A stretch of DNA of 64,000 bases, taken from contig OZ244960.1 in NCBI GenBank assembly GCA_965222605.1, forward strand, positions 5,984,001 through 6,048,000, in the 5' to 3' direction. This stretch comes from Candidatus Latescibacterota bacterium (GTDB taxonomy: Bacteria; Latescibacterota; UBA2968). Positions 27,512 to 37,211 of this stretch are shown here, in pieces (the stretch's first letter is position 1; each line of letters opens with the position of its first letter). The notes beneath the pieces were generated by a model that was not told the origin of the DNA, did no database searches, and saw only the letters and a list, made by a program, of their open reading frames with translations. A program made the position numbers and the translations under genes.

Positions 27512-28386
27512 TACTAGAGCAATGATTGCGTGTATTCTGCCACCTAATACATTCATGTGGGATAACCTAGCTGTTACGAGAATTCTTGATCCATATGATA
27601 ATGAAGGTAAAGGAACGCTCTTAAATGAACCGGAATTGTGCTATCTTGCAGCAATATTAAATTCTTTTGTCTTTGACTTCGCACTAGGGATGCAGATCAA
27701 TGCGAATCTTAGTTTCTTCATTGTCTATGGAATCCCTGTTCCACGAAAGGCAAAGGGCGATTGGTTTTTCGATAAGATAATCCCACGCGTCGCCAGGTTA
27801 TCTTGTGTTAATCCATCATATGCTCAATTATGGGAAGAAATATACCTGCCTTCTTGGGTAGAAAGTGAATTGTGGTATGAAAAGCAAGGTATAGGCTATG
27901 ATACATACGGACCTGTACATGAGAAGGAAATCCGCGAAAATGTGTTGCAGTCTTTGGGAGATCTCACTCCGATTTGGTCAGAGAAATGTACAGCCAAAGA
28001 TTGGAACTCAAACAAAATGGATATTACACATAGATCTCAATTCCGAGCAGAGTTGGATGCTCTTGTTGCCCACTTATATAGTCTGAGCAGAGAGGATTTC
28101 ACGCATATTCTTGACACTTTCGAGGCACTGAAGCGGAAAGAGGTCGATAACTTTGGGGAGTTTGTATCCAAACGGAAATGTCTGGAGGAATATGATCGGT
28201 TGACACCGGTCATAGAGGCGTGGAATGACCCAGGAAAGTCTGAAATTTGAATTGAAGGGTTGAAGCAATCGGGTATGTCGAAAACAGCTCTTGAATAACT
28301 CGGCTTAGGAGAACTCTGACCCATATATTGCTTCCACAGTTGATGTGCCAAGGAAAATTCTGCCAATTCTGAAGAGGAAAGAAGCG

Positions 28387-31300
28387 ATGAGCAAAATTAA
28401 AGAGGTGGTAAACCTAAAGACTGGCTACGCGAACTTCGTGGTGTTGAAAAGTGCCTTTGAAGAAAGCCAAGAGAATGCTGATCGTATGGCAATGTACCGT
28501 CCCACCACTGCGCATCGCAGAGCATTTGAGCGTCTCTGTCGGGGATTGTATCAGCCTAACGACAAAAAATTCTACTTACTCAGTGGATCGTACGGTACAG
28601 GTAAATCGCATCTTTGTCTGATGTATGCAAATGCACTCAGCCGATCCAGCGGTGATACAGAGATCAAGGGGTTTTATGACAACTATGAGAAACTGGATGC
28701 CAATGCAGCAAAGCAACTGAGAAATATCCGTAAGGGCGGTCAGTACCTGGTTGCGATCTGTGATTACCACTCGGGAAGACGGTTTGAGGATGTGGTGTTA
28801 AAGGCTGTTTTTAAGGCCTGTAAATCCAAAGATCTTGATGCAGAGGTAGAAACAGAATTTGACGAGGCGGAACGCCAGTTGACGGATTGGGAGAGGCAGG
28901 CAGAGGATCCCGCTGCGATCCGCAATTACTATGAAGACTTTTCCAAAGCCCTCGAACGGACTGCGCCAGGGTTGACTGTTGACCAACTTCGTGCCGGTCT
29001 GACTGATTACAATTCTGAATCTTTGGAGCAGTTTAGGGTAGCCTACAAGCTTGCCCAGGGGGGAACAGAATTTCAAGCACAATCGGGTAATCTCATTCCA
29101 ATTGTTCAGAAATTGGTAAGAAGCACGGCGTTCAAAGCTCGGTTCAAGGGACTGGCTATCTTGTTTGATGAGTTTGGATTTACTCTGGAAAAGGCGGCGT
29201 ATTCAAAGGATGTGCTTCAGGGATTCATGGAAACCATCTGCCGAAATGAACCCAATGTTGTTTTTGTAGGTTGTATCCATAAAGACTTCAAAGCATATGC
29301 AGACAGATTTAGTCGGGATGATGCCTCTGTGATGAGCGCACGAATCACAACAGTTGATCTTTTGAATGAAGGTATTGAGGAAATTATCGGAGCAATCGTA
29401 GAGACAGAAAAGACAGGTCAAGTCTGGAACAGCGAAGTGAAACCCAAACTCGGTGTGCTGGACGCTCTATTGCCTGTGTGTGAAACACTCAAACTCTTCC
29501 CCTGGATCCCAGATACCAAGCGAATTCGTCAGCGTGTGCTTGAGGACATTTACGGTGTCCATCCCGCTGCTCTTGCGGCTTTACTCAGACTGTCTTCTGA
29601 GATAGGATCTGACGCCCGCAGCACCTTCACATTTTTCTCTGGTGAGGTAGGCGGGGCTGAGGGTTCCTATGCGGAGTTCATTGAAGACAGCGACTTGCTG
29701 GACAGTAGTGGGAAACTGAACCTTTACATCGTGGATAGGCTTTTCACATTTTTCCAAGGCGAACTGTCTCCCAGCAATGCCGAGTTGCGCGACACGCAGC
29801 GTCAATTGGTCAACGGCTATGTTGCAAGTTTTGATGCCATGCAAAAGGCAAGCGAGAATGAGTTAGTGAATGATCGCGAGGCTCTGCAGACTTCGATTCT
29901 ACAAACTATTCTGATCTATCAGTTGTCGCAGATTCCCACCACTTTGGATAATATCCAGTTTGGCCTATATGCCCTGACTTCAGGAGAAAAGAAGATCATA
30001 GAGACAAACTTAGATCTTCTCGCCAAAACGGGTGCCGTGTTCTTCCGGCAACAGTCAAAGACTTATGAACTTGCTGTCGGAAGCGGTGTTGATCCCTACG
30101 ACCTGATAAATCGCTATCTGGAAGATACGTCTAAGCATCCTGAAGATATGGTCAAGGCATTTCTTTCTGAAGTGAAAAGTCCGGAGGTTCTGGATGCCAA
30201 GCAGCACAATCTTACCTATGGTGAAGACAAACGCTTTCGAACTGTCTATGTGAGAGCGAAAGATATGGGCGAAAATCTTTGGGAAAAACTCAAGAAGGAA
30301 CAATTGGAAGCAGTATTAAAGCCCAACAGTAGCTACGAGGGCGTTGCTGTCTATGCGCTTTGTGAAGATGTTTCAGATATTCAGGTTGCCCGCGAAGCGG
30401 TGCAAGATATTCCGTGCGACGATTTCGTCGTTGGTGTTCCCGATGAGCCACAGCCCTTTACGGAGATGCTTCTCAAAGTCAGGGCATGTAGAAATGCTCT
30501 TGATCCACTATCTGAAGAAAAGCTGAATGCGCAAACCGAATCACGCCTGCGGGATCTTTTTGAGAATCCACAGGATGGATTTCTGCCAACACTTCAAAGT
30601 ATTTTCAAGCAGATTGATAGTGGCGAAGGTGCATGTTGGTACAGTAAGTCTGGAAAAGTCGTTGTGGGTCAGCCAAAGCAGCCGCATGGACCAGTTGATA
30701 CGCTGTGCGAGCAGATGTTTACCAAACGCTGCAAGATTAATCACACAGATTTGAACTGGGTACACGACGATAAATGGCGCACGGCTAGAAACAATGCTTT
30801 GAGACAGGCAGTGAACACGCTTCTGCAGCCTGATCGCGTGCAGATTGACAACGGAAATCCAGCCAGCCATGGAGAAAAACGCTATCTTGAACGGGTATTG
30901 CTGAAAGGTGCAGGAGCATTGAGGAAGATCGATGATGATGGCCCTGTGACGTTCTTTTTTTGTGAAAGTGATTCCAAGAAAATAGACGATAGCTTCCCTG
31001 TTCTAAAGGAACTCTGCGAACGGTTGTCAAATCTCAATTCTGGAGAAAGTCTTCCTATAGGAACATTCATTAACGACGCCAAAAACGCACCATACGGTTC
31101 TGGCGGAACGGCGCTGATGCTTGCCCTGGCACATGCAGTGCGAGCTTTAGGTGAGCGGTTGAGAATCTATAAAGATTCCACTATGATCACTGAATATCCT
31201 GTTGAAGAATACGGAGAATTATCAGCGCTTGTGTCCGATCCTGCTACCAGTGTGGTTTTTGAAGTCCGCGAGATTTCTGATATCCAAAGAAAACTGGTGG

Positions 31301-32457
31301 AAGCAGTCGCTACTACGGTCGGAGCACCGCCACTCAAACATGGCGAAACTCGATCTTTGAATGAAACATTTGAGGTTCTGGAATCCTGGTGGCGCAGTGT
31401 ACCACCGGTGGCAAAGATCACAGAGATTTACGAGAAGAAACATACAGACGGATTGAGGAAGTTCAAGGACGCATTTGATGATATCCGCAATGGTGACCGG
31501 TATGAATTTCTTCTCGGAGGGCTGCCCGCAATTTACGAAGATGAAATTGCAGACGATAAGTTGACTGAGGATGGTGTGAATGCCATTTCTCAAGCATTTT
31601 CCGCACATGTCAAACATTTGAACACTGGCTACCAAATTGTTACAGACAAAGTTGCGGAAGCTGTTTCGGAGATGTTCGGCGAGAAGGGGGATCTTGTTCA
31701 ATGCAAAACCGCTGTCGAAGCCTGGTATGAGGAATTGACACCGAGACAGCGCCAGGCAATGACTTACCAGGACAGTCCGGAGGCTGAAAGCCTGGTTCGG
31801 ATCTTGGGGGATTCTTCCATAGACTTTGAAACTCAATTGACGAACCGTTTGCCAAAAGATTTCGGTTTGGGGGAAGTGTCGGATTGGCCTACCCTTCACA
31901 TTGATGATTATACGGCCAAACTGAAACAGGCACTGGAGGCTGTTGACGCTGCCGCCATTGTCATTGACCCCCCAGAAATTGAAACGGTTGGCAATGCAAA
32001 GCAGATCAATTCTCAGAAATACGAACTCGCGAGTGGCGCTGAGATTCTCCTCAAGATACCTGATGGTGCGTCTTCCCTGATCTATAGCATATCGGAAACT
32101 GATTCAGAGACTGACCCCAAGACCGCCACAGATAGAGTTGTGAGCAAAGAGGACACGGATTTGGGCGATGTCGTTACAGACAAGCCTTTTTCTTATATTC
32201 GCACTCGTGCGATGGATGCTCAAGGAAATTACAGTGATCCAGTCTCCTTTACGGTCATCTACAAACCCCTTGAATACAAGCCCGTATTTAACGATCGGAA
32301 AGACGACCTCTTTGTTCGGGAAGCCCATTTCAAGATCCCTGAGACTGTGGATGATTTGAAAACTGTGCTCAAGGGGATATTAGAGGAATCAAAGACTCTT
32401 AAGATCATTGACGACAAACAGGCAAAGGCACTGATTGCCGTTATAGATGAACTTTGA
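28387..32457 (+). CDS. brxC: BrxC/PglY-like large P-loop ATPase (DUF6079-like) with C-terminal Ig/Fn3-like segment
   Basis: Walker A GSYGTGKS, Walker B ILFDEF, YGVHP; ~1356 aa from ATG 28387; lies between the MTase and PglZ. Confidence 0.8.
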   Translation: MSKIKEVVNLKTGYANFVVLKSAFEESQENADRMAMYRPTTAHRRAFERLCRGLYQPNDKKFYLLSGSYGTGKSHLCLMYANALSRSSGDTEIKGFYDNYEKLDANAAKQLRNIRKGGQYLVAICDYHSGRRFEDVVLKAVFKACKSKDLDAEVETEFDEAERQLTDWERQAEDPAAIRNYYEDFSKALERTAPGLTVDQLRAGLTDYNSESLEQFRVAYKLAQGGTEFQAQSGNLIPIVQKLVRSTAFKARFKGLAILFDEFGFTLEKAAYSKDVLQGFMETICRNEPNVVFVGCIHKDFKAYADRFSRDDASVMSARITTVDLLNEGIEEIIGAIVETEKTGQVWNSEVKPKLGVLDALLPVCETLKLFPWIPDTKRIRQRVLEDIYGVHPAALAALLRLSSEIGSDARSTFTFFSGEVGGAEGSYAEFIEDSDLLDSSGKLNLYIVDRLFTFFQGELSPSNAELRDTQRQLVNGYVASFDAMQKASENELVNDREALQTSILQTILIYQLSQIPTTLDNIQFGLYALTSGEKKIIETNLDLLAKTGAVFFRQQSKTYELAVGSGVDPYDLINRYLEDTSKHPEDMVKAFLSEVKSPEVLDAKQHNLTYGEDKRFRTVYVRAKDMGENLWEKLKKEQLEAVLKPNSSYEGVAVYALCEDVSDIQVAREAVQDIPCDDFVVGVPDEPQPFTEMLLKVRACRNALDPLSEEKLNAQTESRLRDLFENPQDGFLPTLQSIFKQIDSGEGACWYSKSGKVVVGQPKQPHGPVDTLCEQMFTKRCKINHTDLNWVHDDKWRTARNNALRQAVNTLLQPDRVQIDNGNPASHGEKRYLERVLLKGAGALRKIDDDGPVTFFFCESDSKKIDDSFPVLKELCERLSNLNSGESLPIGTFINDAKNAPYGSGGTALMLALAHAVRALGERLRIYKDSTMITEYPVEEYGELSALVSDPATSVVFEVREISDIQRKLVEAVATTVGAPPLKHGETRSLNETFEVLESWWRSVPPVAKITEIYEKKHTDGLRKFKDAFDDIRNGDRYEFLLGGLPAIYEDEIADDKLTEDGVNAISQAFSAHVKHLNTGYQIVTDKVAEAVSEMFGEKGDLVQCKTAVEAWYEELTPRQRQAMTYQDSPEAESLVRILGDSSIDFETQLTNRLPKDFGLGEVSDWPTLHIDDYTAKLKQALEAVDAAAIVIDPPEIETVGNAKQINSQKYELASGAEILLKIPDGASSLIYSISETDSETDPKTATDRVVSKEDTDLGDVVTDKPFSYIRTRAMDAQGNYSDPVSFTVIYKPLEYKPVFNDRKDDLFVREAHFKIPETVDDLKTVLKGILEESKTLKIIDDKQAKALIAVIDEL

Positions 32458-34871
32458 TCAGACTTATGGTCAATCAAACTGAACCATTTGAAATATGTTT
32501 TGTAGGATCGCAAAAGGGTGTTACACCCGAAGGCACTTTGCTCGTAATCACAGATCGAGACTACGTCAAAGCCTGCAAGGCTGTTAATGATGCCGCAAAC
32601 CGACCAAAAGGGGTCTGGGTGGCACAAAGGCCACATGTTGCCTGGTTTAAGGCCTACTGTAATCTACTTGATCTTAATTGCTGCGTTCGAGAACTTACCT
32701 CTCGTGTGATTTTGGCAGACAGGTGGGATGTTACAATACCCGATTGGTTGAATGACCAGAGGGTTGAGTCAGAGAAACTGCTCGACTTAGATATTTCCAC
32801 TGAGGGCGTTGATGATTTTGTAGATGTTGTGTTAGGTCATTTCCTGAGTCGATCCTTTTGTTCATCGAGATTAGACCCAGAGCATGTATCAGAGGTTCTT
32901 TCTGCAGTGGTGAGTTCAGAATACAAAACACATTCTGACCGGTATCCCATAATCAGCGACTGTTTGAGTGAGAAGTGTGTGCAGTGGGAAGAAAACACTG
33001 ATCAATCATGGATGGGAGAATTCAGCCGGAGCCTCGTAGATCAGCCAGATGCGCTCTGGCACGATTTGACTTTGTGGGCACTCCTCGGGCATTATTCAGA
33101 CCAGCTTATTGAGTTCGTCACTGGACCGCAGAGAGTTGTATTTTTGAGGTCAATACCTGTCGGACTTCTGTCCAGCCTGCGTCTTCATCCGGCTGCTGTA
33201 GATACAGCTCAAAATCAGATTCGGCTATTTTTCAATGATATTCTTCAAGACCCTGTATCTTCGACAGAGGATCTCAAGAAAGTTCTGGGTACTGTTTCTC
33301 GTCGGTTAGCCATAGAGTTCTCCTTTGTCGAGCAGATTTTAGAGAACTCAAGTTACGAATTACAGGCAAAGGATATTGAGCTTGTCGAAGAAGTCTTTAA
33401 GACCTGCCCAGGAGTCAGCTCTGTCAAGATTGATGCTCTGGATCGTTTTGTGCCACCTGCCAGACCCTCGGAACAAGACGCTGGTGACGCTTGGGGGGGA
33501 GCCCGATGGTTGGATTGGTCTGTAAAAGAATATATTCCCTACAGGCAATGGCAGATTCAGAACAAGCACTATGAGCGTAAACTCGAACAGACTGTTCAGG
33601 CATTCTCTGATTGGTATGTTGATGAATACATGACCATTCATCAGGATACGGGAAAAAGCCTTGTTCACCTTCTCAGTGAGTGGCGTGAGCATCTGGTAAA
33701 TGACGACCTTTCTTTGATATTGCTGATTGATTGTCTGCCCGTTGCTTTTTGGACGTTATTTGAGGAAGCAATGGGAAATATTGGGTTCCATCGCCACCAA
33801 CAGGAATATAGATTCGCCCCTTTACCGAGCCATACTGAAGTATGCAAACCCTTGTTGCTTGGTAGTGACTGGGAAAAGACGGATACCAAATACGACCGCT
33901 TGCTTCAAGAACGAGGACTCAGAGATTGGCCAGGCAAACAGGTTCTGTATTTGCACAATCTGCAGAAGCTGTCTGAAGCAGACCTGGGTGGCGGTGCATC
34001 TGTTCTTGTGCTGAACTTTCTCGCGGTTGACCGGACCCTACATGCGGACGTTGAGGCAGATGGCAGTACACATAGAGAAGAATTATTCAGATTGTTTGTT
34101 CGTCTTGCAGAAGCAGTAAAAGACCTTTTGAACCGATGGCAGGGAGATAAAGATAAATTCGGGGTGTATGCCGTTACGGATCACGGTGCAACAAAAATCA
34201 TTGATGATGAAAAAGCAACCTTGGACTCACAGATCGTGAATCGTCTGTTTGAGTACGAGAAACACCGGTTTGCTCAGATTCCCAAAGACTGCACAGACGA
34301 AATACCGGAGAATTTGTGGGCTTTTGGGTACAGATTTAAACCACCATTTAACAATCAAGACACGGTGTTCTTTATTCCTAAAGGTCACAATACGGTCAAG
34401 AAGGGCAACAAGACGACAGGTTTTGTACATGGTGGTGCGGCTCCAGAGGAGGTTATTGTACCTGCTGCCATTTTTCGGCCTGTCAAGGTTTCCTGGCGTG
34501 AACCTTTGGTGCGTTTCGTGGATCTTAGGACGGATCGTCAATCTGGGCACGCGATTTTTTATATCTTACGCGTTGTCCCAATCAGACTTGAAGTACAGAA
34601 TCCAAATGCAGAACCCATTAGTATTGTTAGAGTAGATGTTGTCAGTCCAGACGCTGATGTCAAGGAGTTCACAACTGGACAGATTGAGCCAGAATCAGTT
34701 GGCGAATTGTCGCTGAGTTGTTATTTCAAAAAGGCTGCGCAAGATCAAGAGGAACTACTGCTACAGATTACTTATGAACTTGCAGGCGGTGAATACACGA
34801 TGCAGGTTCTTACTGCTGCAGTATTTAGATCGGCCACTACTGGTGGTTTTAATTTGAAAGATTTAACATAG
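32454..34871 (+). CDS. pglZ: PglZ alkaline-phosphatase-superfamily protein
   Basis: LLIDCLP, PLPSHTE, VTDHG, FVHGGAAPEEVIVP; overlaps the brxC stop. Confidence 0.88.
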   Translation: MIRLMVNQTEPFEICFVGSQKGVTPEGTLLVITDRDYVKACKAVNDAANRPKGVWVAQRPHVAWFKAYCNLLDLNCCVRELTSRVILADRWDVTIPDWLNDQRVESEKLLDLDISTEGVDDFVDVVLGHFLSRSFCSSRLDPEHVSEVLSAVVSSEYKTHSDRYPIISDCLSEKCVQWEENTDQSWMGEFSRSLVDQPDALWHDLTLWALLGHYSDQLIEFVTGPQRVVFLRSIPVGLLSSLRLHPAAVDTAQNQIRLFFNDILQDPVSSTEDLKKVLGTVSRRLAIEFSFVEQILENSSYELQAKDIELVEEVFKTCPGVSSVKIDALDRFVPPARPSEQDAGDAWGGARWLDWSVKEYIPYRQWQIQNKHYERKLEQTVQAFSDWYVDEYMTIHQDTGKSLVHLLSEWREHLVNDDLSLILLIDCLPVAFWTLFEEAMGNIGFHRHQQEYRFAPLPSHTEVCKPLLLGSDWEKTDTKYDRLLQERGLRDWPGKQVLYLHNLQKLSEADLGGGASVLVLNFLAVDRTLHADVEADGSTHREELFRLFVRLAEAVKDLLNRWQGDKDKFGVYAVTDHGATKIIDDEKATLDSQIVNRLFEYEKHRFAQIPKDCTDEIPENLWAFGYRFKPPFNNQDTVFFIPKGHNTVKKGNKTTGFVHGGAAPEEVIVPAAIFRPVKVSWREPLVRFVDLRTDRQSGHAIFYILRVVPIRLEVQNPNAEPISIVRVDVVSPDADVKEFTTGQIEPESVGELSLSCYFKKAAQDQEELLLQITYELAGGEYTMQVLTAAVFRSATTGGFNLKDLT

Positions 34872-34885
34872 ATTGAGGTAAACAG

Positions 34886-36865
34886 ATGAGTCCATTTGAA
34901 GTGAAAGCCCGAGATTATTACGGGGAAGTCGTGATCAATAAAGGTTTGATGGGCAAGGCCGGTTTTGGTGCGCGTGCGATTCCTGTCTATGTGGGAGAGT
35001 GGATCATCAGCCAGTTCCTGGAGGGAGATGATTTAACAGAGGACGGCAGAGAGGAAATCGTCAGGATTGTATCCTCTTACTTGCCCCAGAAGGCAGATAA
35101 GAATCTACTCCTCAATCGCCTCAAGGAGCAGGAGGAAGTCCAGATTCTGGATGATTTTCGCGTAAATGTGAATCTGGCTCAAAATACCCATGAGTTGAGT
35201 ATTCCCATTTTAGACGAGACTCATGCGATGATTCAGAAAGGAATTGTTGACGAGAATCCCATGCTGCTCAAGACGGGGATGTGGGGAGTCGGCATGCTCA
35301 GGTATGTGCCCCCAGATGGAGAGGAAGTGAAGAAGGGACAAATCTGGATGGTGGATTTCAAACCTTTCCAAAATCCAGGTGTGGATCTGGACTACTTCAA
35401 AGAATGCCGACAACATTTTTCTTTGGACGAGTGGATTGATCTGCTGGTTTCGAGTAGCCAGTTTAACCCAGACGTTCTGAAACTTCCTCAGAAAATGCTT
35501 TTGCTTGGTCGTATTATTGCGCTGGTGGAACCTCGGGTCAATGTGGCTGAACTGGCCCCAAAGGGTACAGGCAAATCATTTATCTTTGACAACATTAGCC
35601 GTTATGCGGCAGTCATTCCCGGTGGTAAGCTGTCTGCCCCCACTCTTTTCTTCAACAGTGCCTCTAAACAGATGGGCTTGATTCCGAGATACGATGTTGT
35701 TGTTGTCGATGAGGTGCAGAAGATCCAGACAGACAATGCTGGCGAGGCTATGGCAGGACTGAAAATGTACCTCGAAAGTGGACGTTATCGCCGTGCGACA
35801 GGTGATATGGGTACATCGGAATCTGGGTTTGTAATGTTGGGGAACATAACCCTAGGCCCTGACCGAAGACCGCTTTATGAAACGAATGGGATCTTCGAAG
35901 AATTGCCTGCGGCGTTGCAGGAGTCTGCTTTTGTTGATCGCGTTCATGGCTTGCTTGAGGGATGGTTTATGCCAAGAATTACGCGGGATACACCTTCAAA
36001 AAGTCTGGGCTTCAAAGGTGACTTCTTCAGCGAAGTCCTCCATGAATTGCGAACAGATCTACAATATGCCGATTATGTTTCCCATATGCGCTTGCCCCAG
36101 TGCGAGGACATGCGAGATAACAAGGCCGTCGCTCGGCTTGCAGAAGGCTTCCTGAAGTTGCTGTTTCCCGACTTGAAGGTTAGCGAACAAGAATTCACTG
36201 AATACTGTGTAAACCCTGCGGTTCGTATGCGCCAACAAATTCGAGATGAGCTTGCCCGACTGGATCAAGAATTTAAGTGGGTAACTATAAAGAGTGAATA
36301 CCCAGATGAATTCCAGCTTTCACATCCAGACGAGAAACCAGGGCCGTTACCAGAAGCAGTAGAAAATGATCCCTTATCCCCCAATAGACAACCCGTTGAA
36401 GCCACATTGGATATCAAAGAGGGGCAAAAGGGCATTTCTTATTTGAAACTCTTTAGCCCTTATCTAACCGGAGCCACAGAGATTAGATTGGTTGACCCCT
36501 ATATCCGATATGATTATCAGATTTATAACCTCCTGAGCTTTTGTGAAATGATCGCTCCCGATCAAGGCAATATTAAGGTGTGTCTGGTGACTGGTACTGA
36601 CTCTGATTACCAGAAGCAGCAGGGTCTCGATGCTACTTTCAAAGATATTCAGAATCAGCTTGTTCAAGATCGGGTACTTCTGGATTATGAATTTAGCGAC
36701 ACAAAACACGACCGAATGATCGAGGCTGATACTGGCTGGCGAATTGTTATAGGACGGGGCCTGGATATCTTTCAGAAACCTGAAGGGAAATTTTCACTGG
36801 GATTTGTTGATCAGACGAAACGAAAGTGCAAAGAAACAACGATCACTTACGTCCGGAAAGAGTAG
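34886..36865 (+). CDS. brxL: BrxL AAA+ protein with C-terminal MIT_C (PLD-like) domain instead of a Lon protease domain
   Basis: EWIDLL, ELAPKGTGKS, DVVVVDEVQ, AFVDRVHG; tail DPYIR..YQIYNL...HDRMIEADTGWRIVIGRGLDIFQ. Confidence 0.85.
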   Translation: MSPFEVKARDYYGEVVINKGLMGKAGFGARAIPVYVGEWIISQFLEGDDLTEDGREEIVRIVSSYLPQKADKNLLLNRLKEQEEVQILDDFRVNVNLAQNTHELSIPILDETHAMIQKGIVDENPMLLKTGMWGVGMLRYVPPDGEEVKKGQIWMVDFKPFQNPGVDLDYFKECRQHFSLDEWIDLLVSSSQFNPDVLKLPQKMLLLGRIIALVEPRVNVAELAPKGTGKSFIFDNISRYAAVIPGGKLSAPTLFFNSASKQMGLIPRYDVVVVDEVQKIQTDNAGEAMAGLKMYLESGRYRRATGDMGTSESGFVMLGNITLGPDRRPLYETNGIFEELPAALQESAFVDRVHGLLEGWFMPRITRDTPSKSLGFKGDFFSEVLHELRTDLQYADYVSHMRLPQCEDMRDNKAVARLAEGFLKLLFPDLKVSEQEFTEYCVNPAVRMRQQIRDELARLDQEFKWVTIKSEYPDEFQLSHPDEKPGPLPEAVENDPLSPNRQPVEATLDIKEGQKGISYLKLFSPYLTGATEIRLVDPYIRYDYQIYNLLSFCEMIAPDQGNIKVCLVTGTDSDYQKQQGLDATFKDIQNQLVQDRVLLDYEFSDTKHDRMIEADTGWRIVIGRGLDIFQKPEGKFSLGFVDQTKRKCKETTITYVRKE

Positions 36866-36893
36866 GCGACTCGACTGGTTGATTATTTACCAC

Positions 36894-36930
36894 AAAGAGG
36901 AGTGAGTTCACTCACTCCTCTTTCCTTTTT
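36894..36930 (+). terminator. Rho-independent terminator ending the BREX-like operon
   Basis: 13-bp stem AAAGAGGAGTGAG-TTCA-CTCACTCCTCTTT followed by CCTTTTT, 28 nt after the brxL stop. Confidence 0.8.
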
Positions 36931-37211
36931 GGGCTTCAAGAGGCATTTAAATGCGTTCCAATCCAGGTTTAATATTCCGCTCCGATATCACTCATCAATC
37001 GCTTAATCAAGGGATTTATTGCAGGATTGAGTGGTTGGCACATATATTGCTCTACCTAAGGTATAACAGAAAAGGGGAGGTATCTCAGCAAGATGATACA
37101 CCTATTAAAATCCCTGATGAGCAGGTGGTTGCGGTCAAAGATGGGCAAATCGTCAAGGACGGCAACTGGTAGTTTTTCGCTGAATTCTCGATTATTGTAC
37201 AGGAGGGTGAA

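Larger units (their letters stand above)
23349..28250 (+). pseudogene. pglX: PglX/Eco57I-like N6-adenine DNA methyltransferase interrupted by an IS (1331 aa when reconstructed)
   Basis: WGILTDGSCWRLY, ERKQTGSYYTP, motif I VCDPAMGSGHFL, motif IV VGNPPW; removing 26611-27516 joins ...RTTDT to RAMIACILPP... in frame. Confidence 0.85.

Noticed and set aside
27522-28250. Independent 242-aa gene
   Set aside because: It is the in-frame C-terminus of the IS-interrupted methyltransferase
22029-36865. Ssp/Dnd phosphorothioation system or DISARM
   Set aside because: No PAPS reductase, cysteine desulfurase, DrmA/DrmB or SNF2 helicase in the window; PglZ and BrxL indicate BREX
36951-37172. 73-aa ORF between brxL and the SbcD-like gene
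   Set aside because: Weak RBS and no recognisable motif; may be a remnant but cannot be supported
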